A stretch of DNA of 64,000 bases from the human T2T-CHM13v2.0 reference genome, Homo sapiens: NCBI RefSeq assembly GCF_009914755.1, contig NC_060927.1. One strand, given 5' to 3'. The notes beneath the pieces were generated by a model. The model saw nothing but the letters and a program-made list of their open reading frames with translations. It had not been told where the DNA came from and did no database searches. Shown in pieces: positions 17,657 through 32,470 of this stretch (positions are counted from its first letter, which is position 1; each line of letters begins with the position of its first letter). Position numbers and translations under genes: made by a program.

Positions 17657-18100
17657 TAGAGGTTGCTAACTTTTTTGTCATGCTATCTGTTGACATCTAT
17701 TAACCCCTTCTCAGAATATTTTTAAATGCATGAAATAAAATTTATAGGATTGGAAAGGAAACTGATTATATTGAAATACAGTTAGCAAATACTTTAAAAC
17801 AAATGTATGATATAATAATATAGGTACTTCTTTTTGAAGTATCAATTAAGATCAGTGGCAACTTCAAAGTAATTGTAAGTATAAGTAATTTTCAAGGTAT
17901 TTGCAACCATTACATTGTAATATGAAAATATTTTTTGTTTCTATTAGAGACCTAGTCATGGATGTTGCTAATAATACAGAAGTTTGTAGCCTATATTTAT
18001 AGTTGAGGGAGATGACAAATTTTGAGAGAAAGTAAGGATGCAATTTTTTCAAATGCCAACTCATGGACCCCTAAGATTTTTTTCCCCTAAGAAAACCCTG
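17657..18100. mobile_element. hAT-Charlie DNA transposon relic (MER113-like)
   Basis: aaccccttctcagaatatttttaaatgcatgaaataaaat...tattgaaatacagtt...catggacccc...aagaaaaccctg. Confidence 0.6.
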
Positions 18101-18861
18101 CTTTAGAAGAGGAAAGCTACAGGAAAATGTTTCTATTGCACTCTCTTCTTCCCTGTCCCCAGACTTTTCCTGAATCACTCATAATCCCTTTACCTATATT
18201 CTTTTTTCCTTCAGTTTTATCTATATTTGTTCTCTTTGAATTAGTCTTTTTTCATTATTATCTTGCAAATTCTTTCCCTTCTTTTCCTTCACTTCATTTC
18301 CTTTCCTCCCTTTCCATAATTCATTTCTCAATACACTTAGCACATGAGCAGCTCCATCAGGGCAAGCCCTTGAATGAGTCTGTCCATAGCACACAGTAGA
18401 AGTTTGAGCAAAGAGGGAAATGCACCAAGAAATGCAGCCAAGGTATAGGAGGGATTCACCTTGCTCCAAGCCAGGCCCTTTGTCATTAGAAGCAGTTTTT
18501 ACAGCTCAGGATAAAAGTGGGCAATTGTCTGTTTACCTTAGTCAATATAATACAGTCAGTAAAATTACCTAATCATCAAAGTAGAATATTTGCAGTCATT
18601 TTTATCACATAAATATCAAGTTCTTCCTGTAGATTAAGGTTCCATTAGTTAATCTCGTATCTTAATAGAAGTGATTATCATTAACGAAACCCTAAAAATA
18701 TTTATAGACAGTCAAGATTATATGAAATTGCAAGCATTTAAAATTGTTCTCCACATACCTCAAATACACAACCATACATTGGCATTGAAAAATGTCATAA
18801 CACCACACTCATTTACCACCCTCCTGCTCAAATAATATTCTAGATAAAACTTGTATGATTA

Positions 18862-19717
<856 letters not shown>

Positions 19718-20124
19718 TTAAGTCTTTCATTTCAGTAAAGCACATGTAACAACATCTAATATAATTGTGTGTACGACCATGTGAGCTAATTTTGCCACAA
19801 AAAAACAGCCACCTGGGTAATAAACTGTCTGAAAAAATAATGATAATTTATAAAAATGCCAATTGGGGAAAAGCACTTAATATTATGCTGTCTAGCCAAA
19901 GAAAATGAGATCCACTCCAATTATTTCAATACTCTGACATGAAGCATTTTGTGTTACTTTGATAGTCATAATTTATCGTGAGGAAGGGCTGATCAGGAAG
20001 TGGACAGAAGCATCTGTATGGAAGCCACACCTCAGTCCACAGGCTTTTTCAGGTGACTCACCTATTTCCAAGCTACCTAGCTCTCCCTGCTGATTGTTTC
20101 AAGTGCAAATAAACATGCTGTATG

Positions 20125-20310
20125 ATGCAAATCTTGGCTTTGCTAACCAAATGTGTGACCATAAGCAGTCATTATATTTTTCTCTAAGCCTCAGTTTCTT
20201 CAAATGTAATATGGGGTAATTCATAGAGCAATCATGAAAACCAAGTTAGACAACACATGTTAAGTTGCTAGTACTGAGCCTGACACAGAGTAAGTTCTCA
20301 ATCAATAATA
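20125..20310 (+). mobile_element. MIR
   Basis: MIR core tctctaagcctcagtttcttcaaatgtaatatgggg and 3' part cctgacacagagtaagttctcaat. Confidence 0.75.
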
Positions 20311-22269
20311 TGGTGATGTCCTTTAGCTGATCCAAGCAACTGGCCAGATAATACTTAGAACTCTAAGAAGAAAATATGGTTGAATTTTATATGATGTGTA
20401 ATGCCTTTTACCTGTTTAGAAATCTATTTTATTATTCTTCTATTTGGTGCAATACATACCAATGGTGATCTAATGCTGTGGTATTTTTCACACACCATAG
20501 TGGAAGTATTACTTTAATGTCAAGTGTAAGCAGCTCATATTATGCTTAAGACCATGATATCTGCCTTGAAATAGCATAAAGAAAAATCACATCCACCTGG
20601 AGAACATGAAGATAGCTATAACATTGTTTCTATAGGGGGAATAAATTAAAATTTTGTGATTTCTTTACATTAAAATTTGAAGTACATTGACTTAGCCTGG
20701 GGATTTCCAAAATAACTTTTTAAGAAGTAATAGGGATCTTTAAAATAAAATGATTAAAAATCCATCTATTTTATTTGGCTCATTCAAATATAATATCTAT
20801 AAAAGCTTTGTGTTGTGGTAATAATCCCTTACTATTTCCTCTCTCTCCTTGGTCTTTTCATTTATTCATTTCCCATTAATCGTAAAACTGAAATAAAAAG
20901 AGAATGAATTTTTTAAAGTCACTTTCCATTCTAAAGCTTTGTTAATTTCTTCTAAGTGCACTTTAGTGCTGTTTAATTTGTATCTAGGGGTAGCGCATTG
21001 TTGCTGCACTATTTGCTTATTCCTCCAGATAGAAGCAATTCACTGGGCTAGCCAAATCCTCCACCTGGCCACCATCAGCATATGCACATCACCAGGAGGA
21101 AACAGGCAGCTGAGTGTACCTTTGGGCCTGTTTCCTTTGGTATTCAAATTCTCCACTTTCTCCAGTGGGCCCACAGTAGTGGGGGCATATTTATGGAACT
21201 CAGATCATCTCTGATCCTAATCCTGGCAGACAATGAACATAGCTGTGTTTCCATTCTGATATTTTAGTACTAAACAAAGCTCTATCTATTTAAAAGCTAT
21301 TGCGCTGACAAATAAGGAGTCTCCAATGTGCACTTCCGAATTTAACATTAGTTGTTACTGGAACTCACTGTTTTGTTAATGTTATATAAGAAAAGTCTAG
21401 AAAGAAACAGGAGTGATCTTGTTGTAGCTCAACCAGGATTATGGATGTCCACACTTTGGAAAATGTATAGATGTTAGACTGTGGTGATATGTTTTTTAGG
21501 GTCACTGGGCAACTCCATACCCCTTAGAGCTAGAATTTGGTATGTTAAGTGTAACTTGGTAATACATATGTTAAAAATGGCTTTTATCTTGGATGATAAC
21601 ATCACTAGTTTCTAGGCATAGCATTTTTTCTAATGTGTAAGAAGTTTTACTCCATGGATGTCACCTGATGATTGATCATTTTGATGTAGACGAGTTTGAA
21701 TTTAAACATCAAATCATGCTTTATCTGAGACTCTGTTATCCAAGAGAGCAGATATTTTTAACTAAGGATGTATCATGCCACATTGAACTGAAACAAACAC
21801 TAAGCATGTTGAACAAGATCAGTAGTGGCAGTAAATGTGCACGATTGACTAGGACACAGCACAGTATTTTTATTCCAAATGAAGTACTTGTAATTAGCTT
21901 TGTATTTTTTGAACTATATTTATATAGATTTCTTTATGTTAAATTTCAACAAAACATGTAGGATCCAGAAGACCTCATCTTGGAGGTCTTGGGATTTTCA
22001 CCTTACAGAATGATTCTTCTTGTCCTTGGTCATATTTTTCTTGGTCTTAGAACCTGCTAAATACCAAACCTTCAGAAAAAAAAAAAAAAAAGAAAAGAAA
22101 TGCCAACCAAGCTATTCTACCAAAGAGCTGAAGAAAAGCCCTAATGATCTTTAAATCCAGTAACCAAAAGTTGCCAGCTATTTCTTCTAAAACAAATTAA
22201 ATTTTTTTTTTAATTAGTTGGGAAAACCATCTGCTACATAGCTTCTTTCTTTGCTGTGTACAACTTGAA

Positions 22270-22387
22270 CTGCTGTTCACATCCATAATCTACATGCCTA
22301 GCTTAGTGCCTGGCACATGAAAGGTATCACATAAATATATTTAGAATTCATAAGAATCTAGTTCAGTGAATTGAATGAATGAATGAA
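22270..22387 (+). mobile_element. L2 3' end
   Basis: cctagcttagtgcctggcacat...gaatgaatgaatgaa tail. Confidence 0.6.
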
Positions 22388-23059
22388 GACCATATTCTAA
22401 GTCTTAATCCTTATCACTACTAATTTAGCAGAAATGTCCTGAGAAGTGCTGATTTTCACATTCCTCCTCATCACATTTTTCCTATTGATACTGTTAAAAG
22501 TGGCAAATGTAGAACTCCACTCCAGATTTCTCCAGTGTAGGAAACCAGGGAGCAAATCAAAGCAAGGGAAGTCTTTCAATCTTTTAGCATCTCTGGTAAA
22601 TTAGTAAGGTATCCTCCTGCACGTTGCTCTGGGTTTGAAAAGATTTTAAAACAAATTACTTTTTTCTCTTGGCCTGTCTCAGGAGCAACCTAAATTCTAC
22701 TTTTCAAATGCTGAAATGCCCTTAAAAGGGAGGGGTTGAAATGATATATTCAAAGAATCAGTTTTAAAGAATTAGATTGCTAGCTCTCCTCACAGCAGAT
22801 AGTCTGGAAATGACAATTGCTAGGCTTTTTGGTGGTATTAGCAGAGTAGTAAATATAATGTATATGTCATTTTTATTCCAGATGGAAAGACCAGTAGTTA
22901 CTAGTGAATGACAGTAAATTGTACCAGATACCAAGTAAATTTTAACAATTTTATAGATGCTTTTCTCATATTCATATATTCATTAGTATTTCAATGTTTA
23001 GGTACATAACTCAAGGTTTCAATATTACACCATGTAAAAAGAAAATTACAAAAGTGTCT

Positions 23060-23635
23060 ACAGAACAACATTCCACTCTTGAGACAAAAATCCATAGTTT
23101 GGTCAAGAAATTATTCTATATCAACCCAAAAGAAATGAAAATATATATCCCACAAATATCTATATGTGAATGCTCATAACAGCGGTATTCATAATAACCA
23201 AAATGTAAAAATTATCCAGAGGCATGTGAACTGGTAAATGGGTTAAAAAAATGTGGTTGCTCCACACAATGGAATATTATTAAGCAATAAAAAGGAATGA
23301 ACTACTCATAAATGCTACAATATGGAAGAACCTCAAAAACATTGTGCTAAATGAAATAAGCCACGTGCAAAAGATCACACATTATATTATTCCACATATA
23401 TGAAATGTCCAGAAAATAAAAATCTATAGAAATAAAAAGCAGGTCTGGAGCTCAGAATGGGAGCAGGAATTGTCTGCAAAGAAGCATGAGGAATATTTTC
23501 AGGGTGAGAGGAAGAGTCTAAAATTGGATTTTGGTGACAGTTACACATCTTGTAAATTTACTTAAAAACTAATAAACTGTATACTTAAAGTGAGTAAATT
23601 TTATGATATATAAACAATAAAGCTGTTAATAAAAA
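23060..23635 (+). mobile_element. Old L1M (L1MB-like) 3' fragment
   Basis: aatggaatattattaagcaataaaaaggaatgaactact...cctcaaaaacattgtgctaaatgaaataagcc. Confidence 0.75.
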
Positions 23636-24899
23636 TGAGACCAAACACTTTTGTTACAGATGAAAAGCTTGATTAAAATGCTTACCTGTACAAAAAAAAT
23701 CACCTGTGAAATATAAAATACTTTTACTAATATGTAAAGCAATTGTCAATGAGAAGTGGTTTTTTTCTCTAAACAATATGATAGAAATATGAGAACAGAC
23801 ATTCCCTAAATTGCCCTACCTTCCAATATGTTCTCTCAACAATGTCACTGAGTAGATACTTACTGGGCGCCTCCTGTGTGTCAAGTATCATGTTAAGTTC
23901 TTAAAAAGTGAAAAGATTGAGACAACTTTAATCAAGGCCTCCTTTTTTTAAATTTATTTATTTATTTATTTATTTTTGGCTTTCCAGTCATAGACCTTCT
24001 TTACCCTCACTGATCTAGAGACTGTCTCAAAAGGCATAGACAAGCACACTTGTAGATTTATCGTTCCGAATCCAACATCGGCTGAGCCATCTATGTGAAT
24101 CAGTGTATGCCCTAACCCCTTCCCCAGATTTCGCTTTCCTCACACTCCCTTCCAGCCACATCGCTCCATTGTCTGCAAATAACCTTGCCTTTTACTTCAA
24201 AGAGAAAATTGAAGCCACCCTGCAGAAAATGCCTCTTTCCACTCACCCACTGACAATTCCTCACACCTACCAACCCTTCAGCCCCTCCTATTCCCTCAGG
24301 GGTCAATATTCAACTCTCTCTAGTATATTTAACCTCTTCTTAATTGGTACTTTTACCTTAAGTTACAAACGTGTTCAAGATCTTTCACTATTTTAAAAGT
24401 ATTCTTAAAACTTACAAACTCCTCTAGCAACTTTCCTCTTTCCCTCTATCCCTTCATTTCCTTGAAAGATCTGGCTAAATTTCCTGCTTCCTCTTCTTGA
24501 GCCCTGTCTAAGATCAGCAATGATGCGCCAGTTGCTATATCACTGTTTCCTCATCAATATTTAGTTGACTTGCTGTTTCGGTAGTATGCTTTTGGGCCTT
24601 AGAGTTGATTCTGGAAAGGATCGAGACTTTGGAGAATGCTGGAACAGAGTGAATATATTTTATACCTTCACCTCTCCAAAGACCCAGATCATCATTTCCA
24701 ACTGCTTATTGTACATTTCCACTTGGATAACACATTGACTGTGCAGATTCATATACTGTATTTCATCAGATCTAAATTTTCATCAATTATAACATAACCC
24801 ATTATTTTATATACCGCTAAGAAAAAAATGCCACTAATTTGTTGATGCTATGCTATTCATTGTGAGAATCATAGCAAATTGAGAGATGTTAAAAATTGG

Positions 24900-25899
24900 G
24901 ATCTAATTAAACTAAAGAGCTTCTGCACAGCAAAAAAAAAAAACTACCATCAGAGTGAACAGGCAACCTACAGAATGGGAAAAAATTTTTGCAATCTACT
25001 CATCTGACAAAGGGCTAATAGAATCTACAAAGAACTCAAACAAATTTACAAGAAAAAAACAACCCCATCAAAAAGTGAGTGAAGGATATGGACACTTCTC
25101 AAAAGAAGACATTTATGCAGCCAACAGACACGTGAAAAAATGCTCATCATCTCTGGCCATCAGAGAAATGCAAATAAAAACCACAATGAGATACCATCTC
25201 ACACCAGTTAGAATGGTGATCATTAAAAAGTCAGGAAACAACAGGTGCTGGAGAGGATGTGGAGAAATAGGAACACTTTTACACTGTTGGTGGGACTGTA
25301 AACTAGTTCAACCATTGTGGAAGACAGTGTGGCGATTCCTCAAGGATCTAGAACTAGAAATACCATTTGACCCAGCCATCCCATTACTGGGTACATACCC
25401 AAAGGATTATAAATCATGCTGCTATAAAGACACATGCACACATATGTTTATTGTGGCACTATTCACAATAGCAAAGACTTGGAACCAACCCAAATGTCCA
25501 CCAGTGATAGACTGGATTAAGAAAATGTGGCATTATATACATCATGGAATACTATGCAGCCATAAAAAAGAATGAGTTCACGTCCTTTGTGAGGACATGG
25601 ATGAAACTGGAAACCATCAATCTCAGCAAACTATCGCAAGGACAAAAAACAAAACACCGCATGTTCTCACTCACAGGTGGGAATTGAACAATGAGAACAC
25701 TTGGACACAGGAAGGGGAACATCACGCACGGGGGCCTGTCGTGGGGTGGGGGTAGAGGGGAGGGATAGCATTAGGAGATATACCTAATGTAAATGACGAG
25801 TTAATGTGTGCAGCACACCAACATGGCACATGTACACATATGTAACAAACCTGCACGTTGTGCACGTGTACCCTAGAACTTAAAGTATAATAAATTTAA
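24900..25899 (+). mobile_element. 5'-truncated L1PA (~1 kb: ORF2 C-terminus and 3'UTR), inverted relative to the full-length L1
   Basis: ORF 24955-25575 is the L1 ORF2 C-terminus; L1 3'UTR ends in taaagtataataaa; TSD aaaaattgg (24891-24899 / 25900-25908). Confidence 0.96.
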
Positions 25900-26178
25900 A
25901 AAAATTGGCGGGGGGTAGGGGGAGACAGGGACCAATGAAGTGAAGGAAGGATTCAGTGAAGTGAAGGATTCAAGGAAGTGAAGAATTTAATCAGCAAGGA
26001 AGTGGAGGATTCATCTTCAGAAAGAAAGATGTTTCAAGCAGCTGGCAGAGCATGAGCAAAGTCACGGCTGTTTAAAAATGCCTGGTCTATTTGGAAAACT
26101 ATGGCATCTGGAAAGACCAAGGCCAACTTGTGACAGTCTGTTATCAAAAATATCTCAGTAATTAAGCAGATTTTAAAC

Positions 26179-26679
26179 TGTAGGGAAAGGAATAATAACC
26201 CCCATACATTCTTAGTTGGAACAGACTCATTACAACAGACAGATTAACAAGAGAAAAACAAACAGAAGTTTGTTAACATGTATATTTCATATATAAATGG
26301 GCGACACCCAGGGAATAAGTTCTCAAAGACGTAGCTTTGAATTCCAGCTTATATAACATCTTCAACAAAGAACAGTAAATTTTTAGAGAAGTAAAAAGAC
26401 AAAGAAAAAGGACTTGGAGTCTCTAGGGACAGCAACTTCGGGAAGACTAACAGAAAAAGTTTAGTTAGTAAAGCTTGTTAATGTGGATTTCTCTGGCATC
26501 ACCCCAAGCCTATAAATTGTGTGTATTAGAGGGAAAATCACACCTTTTGTCTTCGTAAATCTATGTCCTGCTTTTGAGCAAATAGAGAGAAGACAGAGAG
26601 CTTTCCTGTATCTCCTTCTTAATTGCCTTCAGGTCAACAATTCTTTATATTTTGGGGTGGTATATTCTGGTCTTTCATA
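26179..26679 (-). repeat. 3' LTR (MER34A-like)
   Basis: Minus strand reads ...gaccagaatataccaccccaaaatataaagaattgttgacctgaaggcaattaag...; homologous to 31922-32470. Confidence 0.8.
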
Positions 26680-27936
26680 GTCCCACCATTGAAACTTTAT
26701 TTATATAAAATTTCGCAAAATAAAAGTAGGGTTGGTAGCTATGGAAAGATTTGGGTTGCAAGTTGCAAGATCAAAGATGGGCAAAAGACAGAAAAACATA
26801 AATTGAAACAAGCAGAAAAAAAAAATACATTGGAGTACATTGTCCCATACCTTATTGAATCAGTCACTTAGTACTAAGAATAAGTCAGTTCAGTTAAACT
26901 GAACTGAACTGAACTGAACTGAACTAAGTCAGTTCACTTCAGCGTCTCATTTCAGGAGGTGGTATTACAAGTGGGCTCCCACCAAAGTTAGGCCTATATG
27001 GTGCAAGCATACAGTTATTTAATAAGAGGTATTTATATGAAAACAAGAGAAAAACAAAGATTAATCATTAGAGCAAATTTTAAACCAGTTACTGAATTCA
27101 GAGGGTGGCTGGTCAGAAAGAATTCTAAATGTTGGGCTCAAGCATCTTTTGCAGTTTTAATGACTCCAGTGATGTCTGAGTGGCCCACAGGCAAGAGGCA
27201 TGAAGGAAGTCCACATGTGAGCTATTGTGGTTATTTCTCCTAAGTTTATGTTAAGTTGTCCAGTATCAACTTGCAGGGTTTTGGGGAAAGGGTAGATTTT
27301 GTTCTTAGTGATGCCAAGTCAGAAAGGTGAGAGAATATTGGAAATCTTAATTTGGAGACCCACAGCCAAATATTGGAGGAAACTAGAAAAATTCAGAATC
27401 CAGTTCAGTTCACAGGTAGATAATAAAACCTCAAAAACAATGAATAGGACTAGAATCTAACAATAGGTGCACTGTACTTTTATTCTGAAATTTTTTTTTC
27501 TCTGTAATCACCCCTATTTCTACCAAAGAAAATCACAGTAAGGCTAATTTATTTTCAAAATAAGTCTAGTGTTATTAAACTTCAATTGATTATTTATATA
27601 AGTGCAGCAAAAACAGTGATTGATCACATAGGCTCTTTTTAAGTCTGCTTTGCTGGAACTTTTGATAAGAAATTTCAGATTAGATTTTTAAAAGGCTTTG
27701 ACTCAAGGCCAAGGATTTGCTAGAAGACTTTGACCACAATACCTATAGATTTGATTAAATTCTTCTCTTCTTAAGGTTCCTGAAATATTTTGAGGTTCCT
27801 GATTCTGCCAGGAAGTGACATTCCGTACTCACCTATAAGGTTTGCAACACTTTTAATTAGGTACTAGGCCAGGTTTTTTGAAGGGGGGGGGGGCTTTATT
27901 GGTTCCATAAAGCCAACCTTAGTTTCTTAAAACTAC

Positions 27937-28207
27937 AGACAGCTTGTCACCCAGGCTGGTGTACAGTGGCCCAATAACAGCTCACTACAGCCTCGAACCC
28001 CTAGAGGGGATCCTCTCACTTCAGCCTCCCAAGTAGATAGGACTACAGGCACATGCCACCGCATCTGGCTAATTTTTATTTTTCATTTTTTGTAGAGACG
28101 GGGTCTTACTATGTTGCTCAGGCTGGCCTTGAATTTCTGGCCTAAAGTGATCCTCCTGCCTTGGCCTCCCCAAGTTCTGGGATTATAGACATGAGCTGCA
28201 CCCAGCC
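27937..28207 (-). mobile_element. AluJ, degenerate, inside the ERV internal region
   Basis: tgtcacccaggctgg...gctcactacagcctcgaac...ggggtcttactatgttgctcaggctgg. Confidence 0.85.
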
Positions 28208-28488
28208 CATTTCTTATTTGACAATGCTTCCTATGCAGATTTAGCATATCAAATAAGCTTAATTAATTTAATATGTCTCGTTATAAAGAGAGAGAGTAAA
28301 TTTTTTGAGATAGTCAAGGGGCTTATCTGAAAAATCCCGAAGTGAATTCTAGGTTTAAAAGAATTTGATTTAGGGCGTTGTTAAAAATGCCAAAATCTTT
28401 AAGTCACTTGAATCCATAGGATCACAGATCACTGTGAAATAATAGTCATTCAATTAACCAGAATGAGAATTAAAAGACTTCAAAGGTG

Positions 28489-28832
<344 letters not shown>

Positions 28833-31800
28833 TTAATACAAAGGACTCAGTTGTCTTAAGTAATCAAAGACCTAATAATAGAAAACATAAAGCACAGAAA
28901 ATTATTTTGATAAGACACAAAATCTTTGTTTTCTAGTCAGAGCCCTCTAAAGGTAAAACTCTTTCAGTGTCTCTTATCAAGAGCAGATTTAATGTTCCAA
29001 GAACACTTTGCTTTTTTAACAGAGAGAAAAACAGCTTCTAGTTTTACACTAATAACTTGTTGATAGTAAGACTCATTTTTAAAACCCGTATAATACATTT
29101 ATTCAATTTTAGCCAGCTTCAGCACAAAAGATAGTCTCTCTCTCTTTGACCCCTCTTCTCTTCCCCCACATAACTTTCTATATCCTTTCAGTTTTCTCCT
29201 TCATTTTCCTTTTTTATTCTAAAATAACCATTCTTTTCACTTTAGTACAGAATTAATTACTCTTTTTCCTTTAACAAAACAGATCCTCATACCTTATAAC
29301 TTTCCTTACCAAAAGCACATCTTATTTTCCTTGTATACTTTGCACTCAGAGTTGTTTCCCTTATTATTTCTAGTAGTTTTAATTATATATGTTAATCCAA
29401 ATTTTTAACTCGAAGTAACTTTAATTTCTAGAAACATGTGCTTCCTCATAGTATAATTTTTTAATGTGACACATGTTTAACAGACCCAAATATCTTCAGC
29501 TTCTCTATACTATATGAAAACAAAATGCCAAAAGTATACAAACTTAAACTTATGCTTAGTAATTAGTGCATCAGTATTTTATCTTATTTGGAAATGATCT
29601 AGATATTGAATAAGTATCTATTTTTTAACTTAACTTAGCAAAACTTAAGGGTGTAAGTTACCAAAGAGATTTACAAAACTGTTTTTAAGTAGATATATTA
29701 TAAAACATAATTATTGTTTGAAAGCATATTCATAAATTCTTACCCCACTTACACCTATTTAATTCACTTATTCTTCACAATTGTGCTTGGATTACCCGTG
29801 AAATTTTCAGGGACCTCAGACAAAGCTAAGCATCATTTCAAGTTATTTCTCCATTAAGTATTTTCACTGCACATGCATGTTAGGCAGACGTCACCAAAAC
29901 AACAACTTAAAAGTTAAATACATCGGATTTTTGTTATTATTAAACTAACAATATTAAAGTAGTCTTATCTACCAAAGGTTTATCCAAGTCATGTGAACTT
30001 GAAAAGCATTTGGGTTAGTTCCTATACTTCTGGCAGTTTTAGGGATAATTTATATAAGCACTCATTTTTCTTTAAGCCAATTAAATAGAGCTCTTTTACG
30101 TATTAATTTTGGCAATGCCATCCAGAGTTAGGAAAATATCACATATGCTAACATACATACAAAGACATATATAGACATGTAGACAGTAGCAGATCTTATC
30201 GCTTTCATTCTAAAACTTCAGCCATGTTCCAGGTACTATAATACAAAACTCACTAGTTTATAAAAGAATAAGCAGAATCCAAATTGTTTCTGACAAATGG
30301 GACAAGCCAGGGTTACCTACTCAGATGGCCAAACCTTTCTACCACTATTTTTGGAAAAGACTTAGATTTTTTTATTTGCCCAACTTCCAAATAGCTTTTT
30401 TTTCCTTCTGATAATCATCTCCCTGAAGTTCGCATTTCAAAAGGGATGGTTCTCAGGTAAGACAGGGTAGAACATTTATATCTCAAAGGTACAGAAAAAG
30501 AATGTAAGTTTCAATCCAAGAAGGAGCCTTGGGGCACATTTTTCTATCATCAGAGCTCAATCCTGTGGAGGCTGTTGACTAAATTTTAAGTGCCAGTATA
30601 TTTCCAATTAACCTTTGTAGTCTCGGATATATGCTTTGGGGGAATCCTGAGATCCATGAGAGCAGGACTCCAAAGCTCAAGTGACTGAGAGGCTAGAGTG
30701 GGAGGGAAAAGGTCCGTCAAAGAAGGACAGAGGGACGGAGGAGGCAGAGGCTGGAAGGAGGCATATCAACAATGTAAGGGAACTGATGGAAGATTTAAGG
30801 CAACAAAAGAAAAAAGGAGAAACAGAAGCAATGAGAAGGAAGAAGCCAACTTGGGGAGATCTTAAGTTCTTAAAGAAGCTAATGAAGTTCCATATTACCC
30901 TTAACAAAATTTATGCCAATGAGAAAGAAACCTTAAAGTGGCGGCAGAACCTACAGTTAGCAAGGGTTTGAGAAGGGCTTCCCATGGAGGAATTCCTATG
31001 GGAGGAGCAGGATCAAATGGAGAGAACAGAGTGGACTTTAAAAAGTTGCTCCTATCAGGCTATGAATATCAGAAACCAAACTTTTTTAACCGAAGGTATT
31101 ATCTACTAAGCAACTCAGGATCAAAACCAATAAACCTTTTATGGCTTAACCACAGATACACTAGTCATCTCCAGAGGTGCAAAGATACTGCCTCCATGAT
31201 TTCAAAGTTCACTTTCAGAGATAGCCAAAAAAAATCAAAGATCTTTGTTGCCACAGGCGGTTAAGGATAGTGTTTGTGCAAAAATGTGTCCCAGAGAACG
31301 TGGGATGCCTCCAATCACAGCCCTGCTAATTTGAAATACCATGCATGCATTTTACTGGGATAGATTTTCCCTGCACTAACCAAAAGCAAAGAAGGTTGAG
31401 ACGATGAAAGCCCCCTGTGGACTGGGATCTATTATTAAGACAAACTCCCCTGAGAGTTGGCACAAAGAACACTTAGTTTCTCAGATTCCCAACCCGACTA
31501 GCTTCCAGACACAAGTTGACACCTGCAACCCCACCCCAACACCAGCAAGGACCAGAGAAAATATTTTTACCAGTCATAAAGCCAAGCTCTCAGGACATAA
31601 ACAAGACAAACAGGAAAACGATGGTTGTCCATTGAATGAAAATGATCAATAACAAGTGGGTACCCCAAGATAGAGAATCACATTTCAAACTAAATCATAC
31701 AAATGTTTTCCTGCAGCTAAAATGAATTTGGAAAGGAAGGGACAAGGAGAAATTTTTACTTTGCTCTCTTAAATGGGCACTATAGATAGAGATCAGGAAG

Positions 31801-31897
31801 AGCTGACTTTGATGTAAATTCTTACCCTTTTGCCTGCTTCTGCCATTTCCCCAGGATCCCATCTGTGGGCTCTGAAGCAAGTGAATGTCCCAGAAAA

Positions 31898-31917
31898 ATC
31901 CCACATCCTCGTCACCA
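31898..31917 (-). other. Retroviral primer-binding site, tRNA-Ser(GCT) type
   Basis: Plus strand atcccacatcctcgtcacca versus recalled tRNA-Ser(GCT) 3' end ATCCCATCCTCGTCGCCA (one CpG transition, 2-nt insertion), 4 nt from the 5' LTR. Confidence 0.75.
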
Positions 31918-31921
31918 GAAA

Positions 31922-32470
31922 TTCAGCGAAAGGAATAAGAACCTCCCTAGGTTCTTAGTTGGAACAGACCCATTACAAAAGACAGGTTAACAAGAGAGAA
32001 ACAAACAGAAGTTTGTTAACAGGTTTATTTCACATATACATGGGAGACACCCAGGGAATGAGTAGCTGAGTAGCTCTCAAAGATGTGGCTTTGAATTTCA
32101 GCTTATATCGCAGATTTAACAAAGAAAAGTAAATTTTTAGAGAAGTGACATGACAAAGGAAAAGGACTGGGACTCTCTAGGGACAGCAACTTGGGAAAGA
32201 CAACCAACAAAAAAATGGTTAAGTAAGTAAAGCTTGTTAACTGTAGATTCCTCCAGCATTGCCCCCAGGACTATACGTGTTTAAAGCTGCCGTCAGTGGT
32301 TGTTGTTCTTGGTAGAGCAGGGGCAAGATACCTTTTGTCTTTGTAAATCTTCGTTCTGCTTGTAGGCAAGTAGAGGGAGGGTAGAGAGTTTTCCTGTATC
32401 TATTTATTCTTAATTGCCTTCAGCTCAACAATTCTTTATATTTTGGAGTGGCATATTCTGGTCCCCCACA
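31922..32470 (-). repeat. 5' LTR (MER34A-like)
   Basis: Minus strand starts TGtgggggaccagaatatgccactccaaaatat; followed by the PBS. Confidence 0.8.

Noticed and set aside
25731-25765. G-quadruplex-like G-tracts
   Set aside because: Standard L1 3'UTR polypurine tract.
26881-26935. (AACTG)n run flanked by cagttca inverted units
   Set aside because: Short slippage repeat inside the ERV internal region.
30681-31264. Charged 96-aa and 108-aa ORFs on +
   Set aside because: Antisense to the ERV leader region; explained by purine-rich composition, no recognisable domain.
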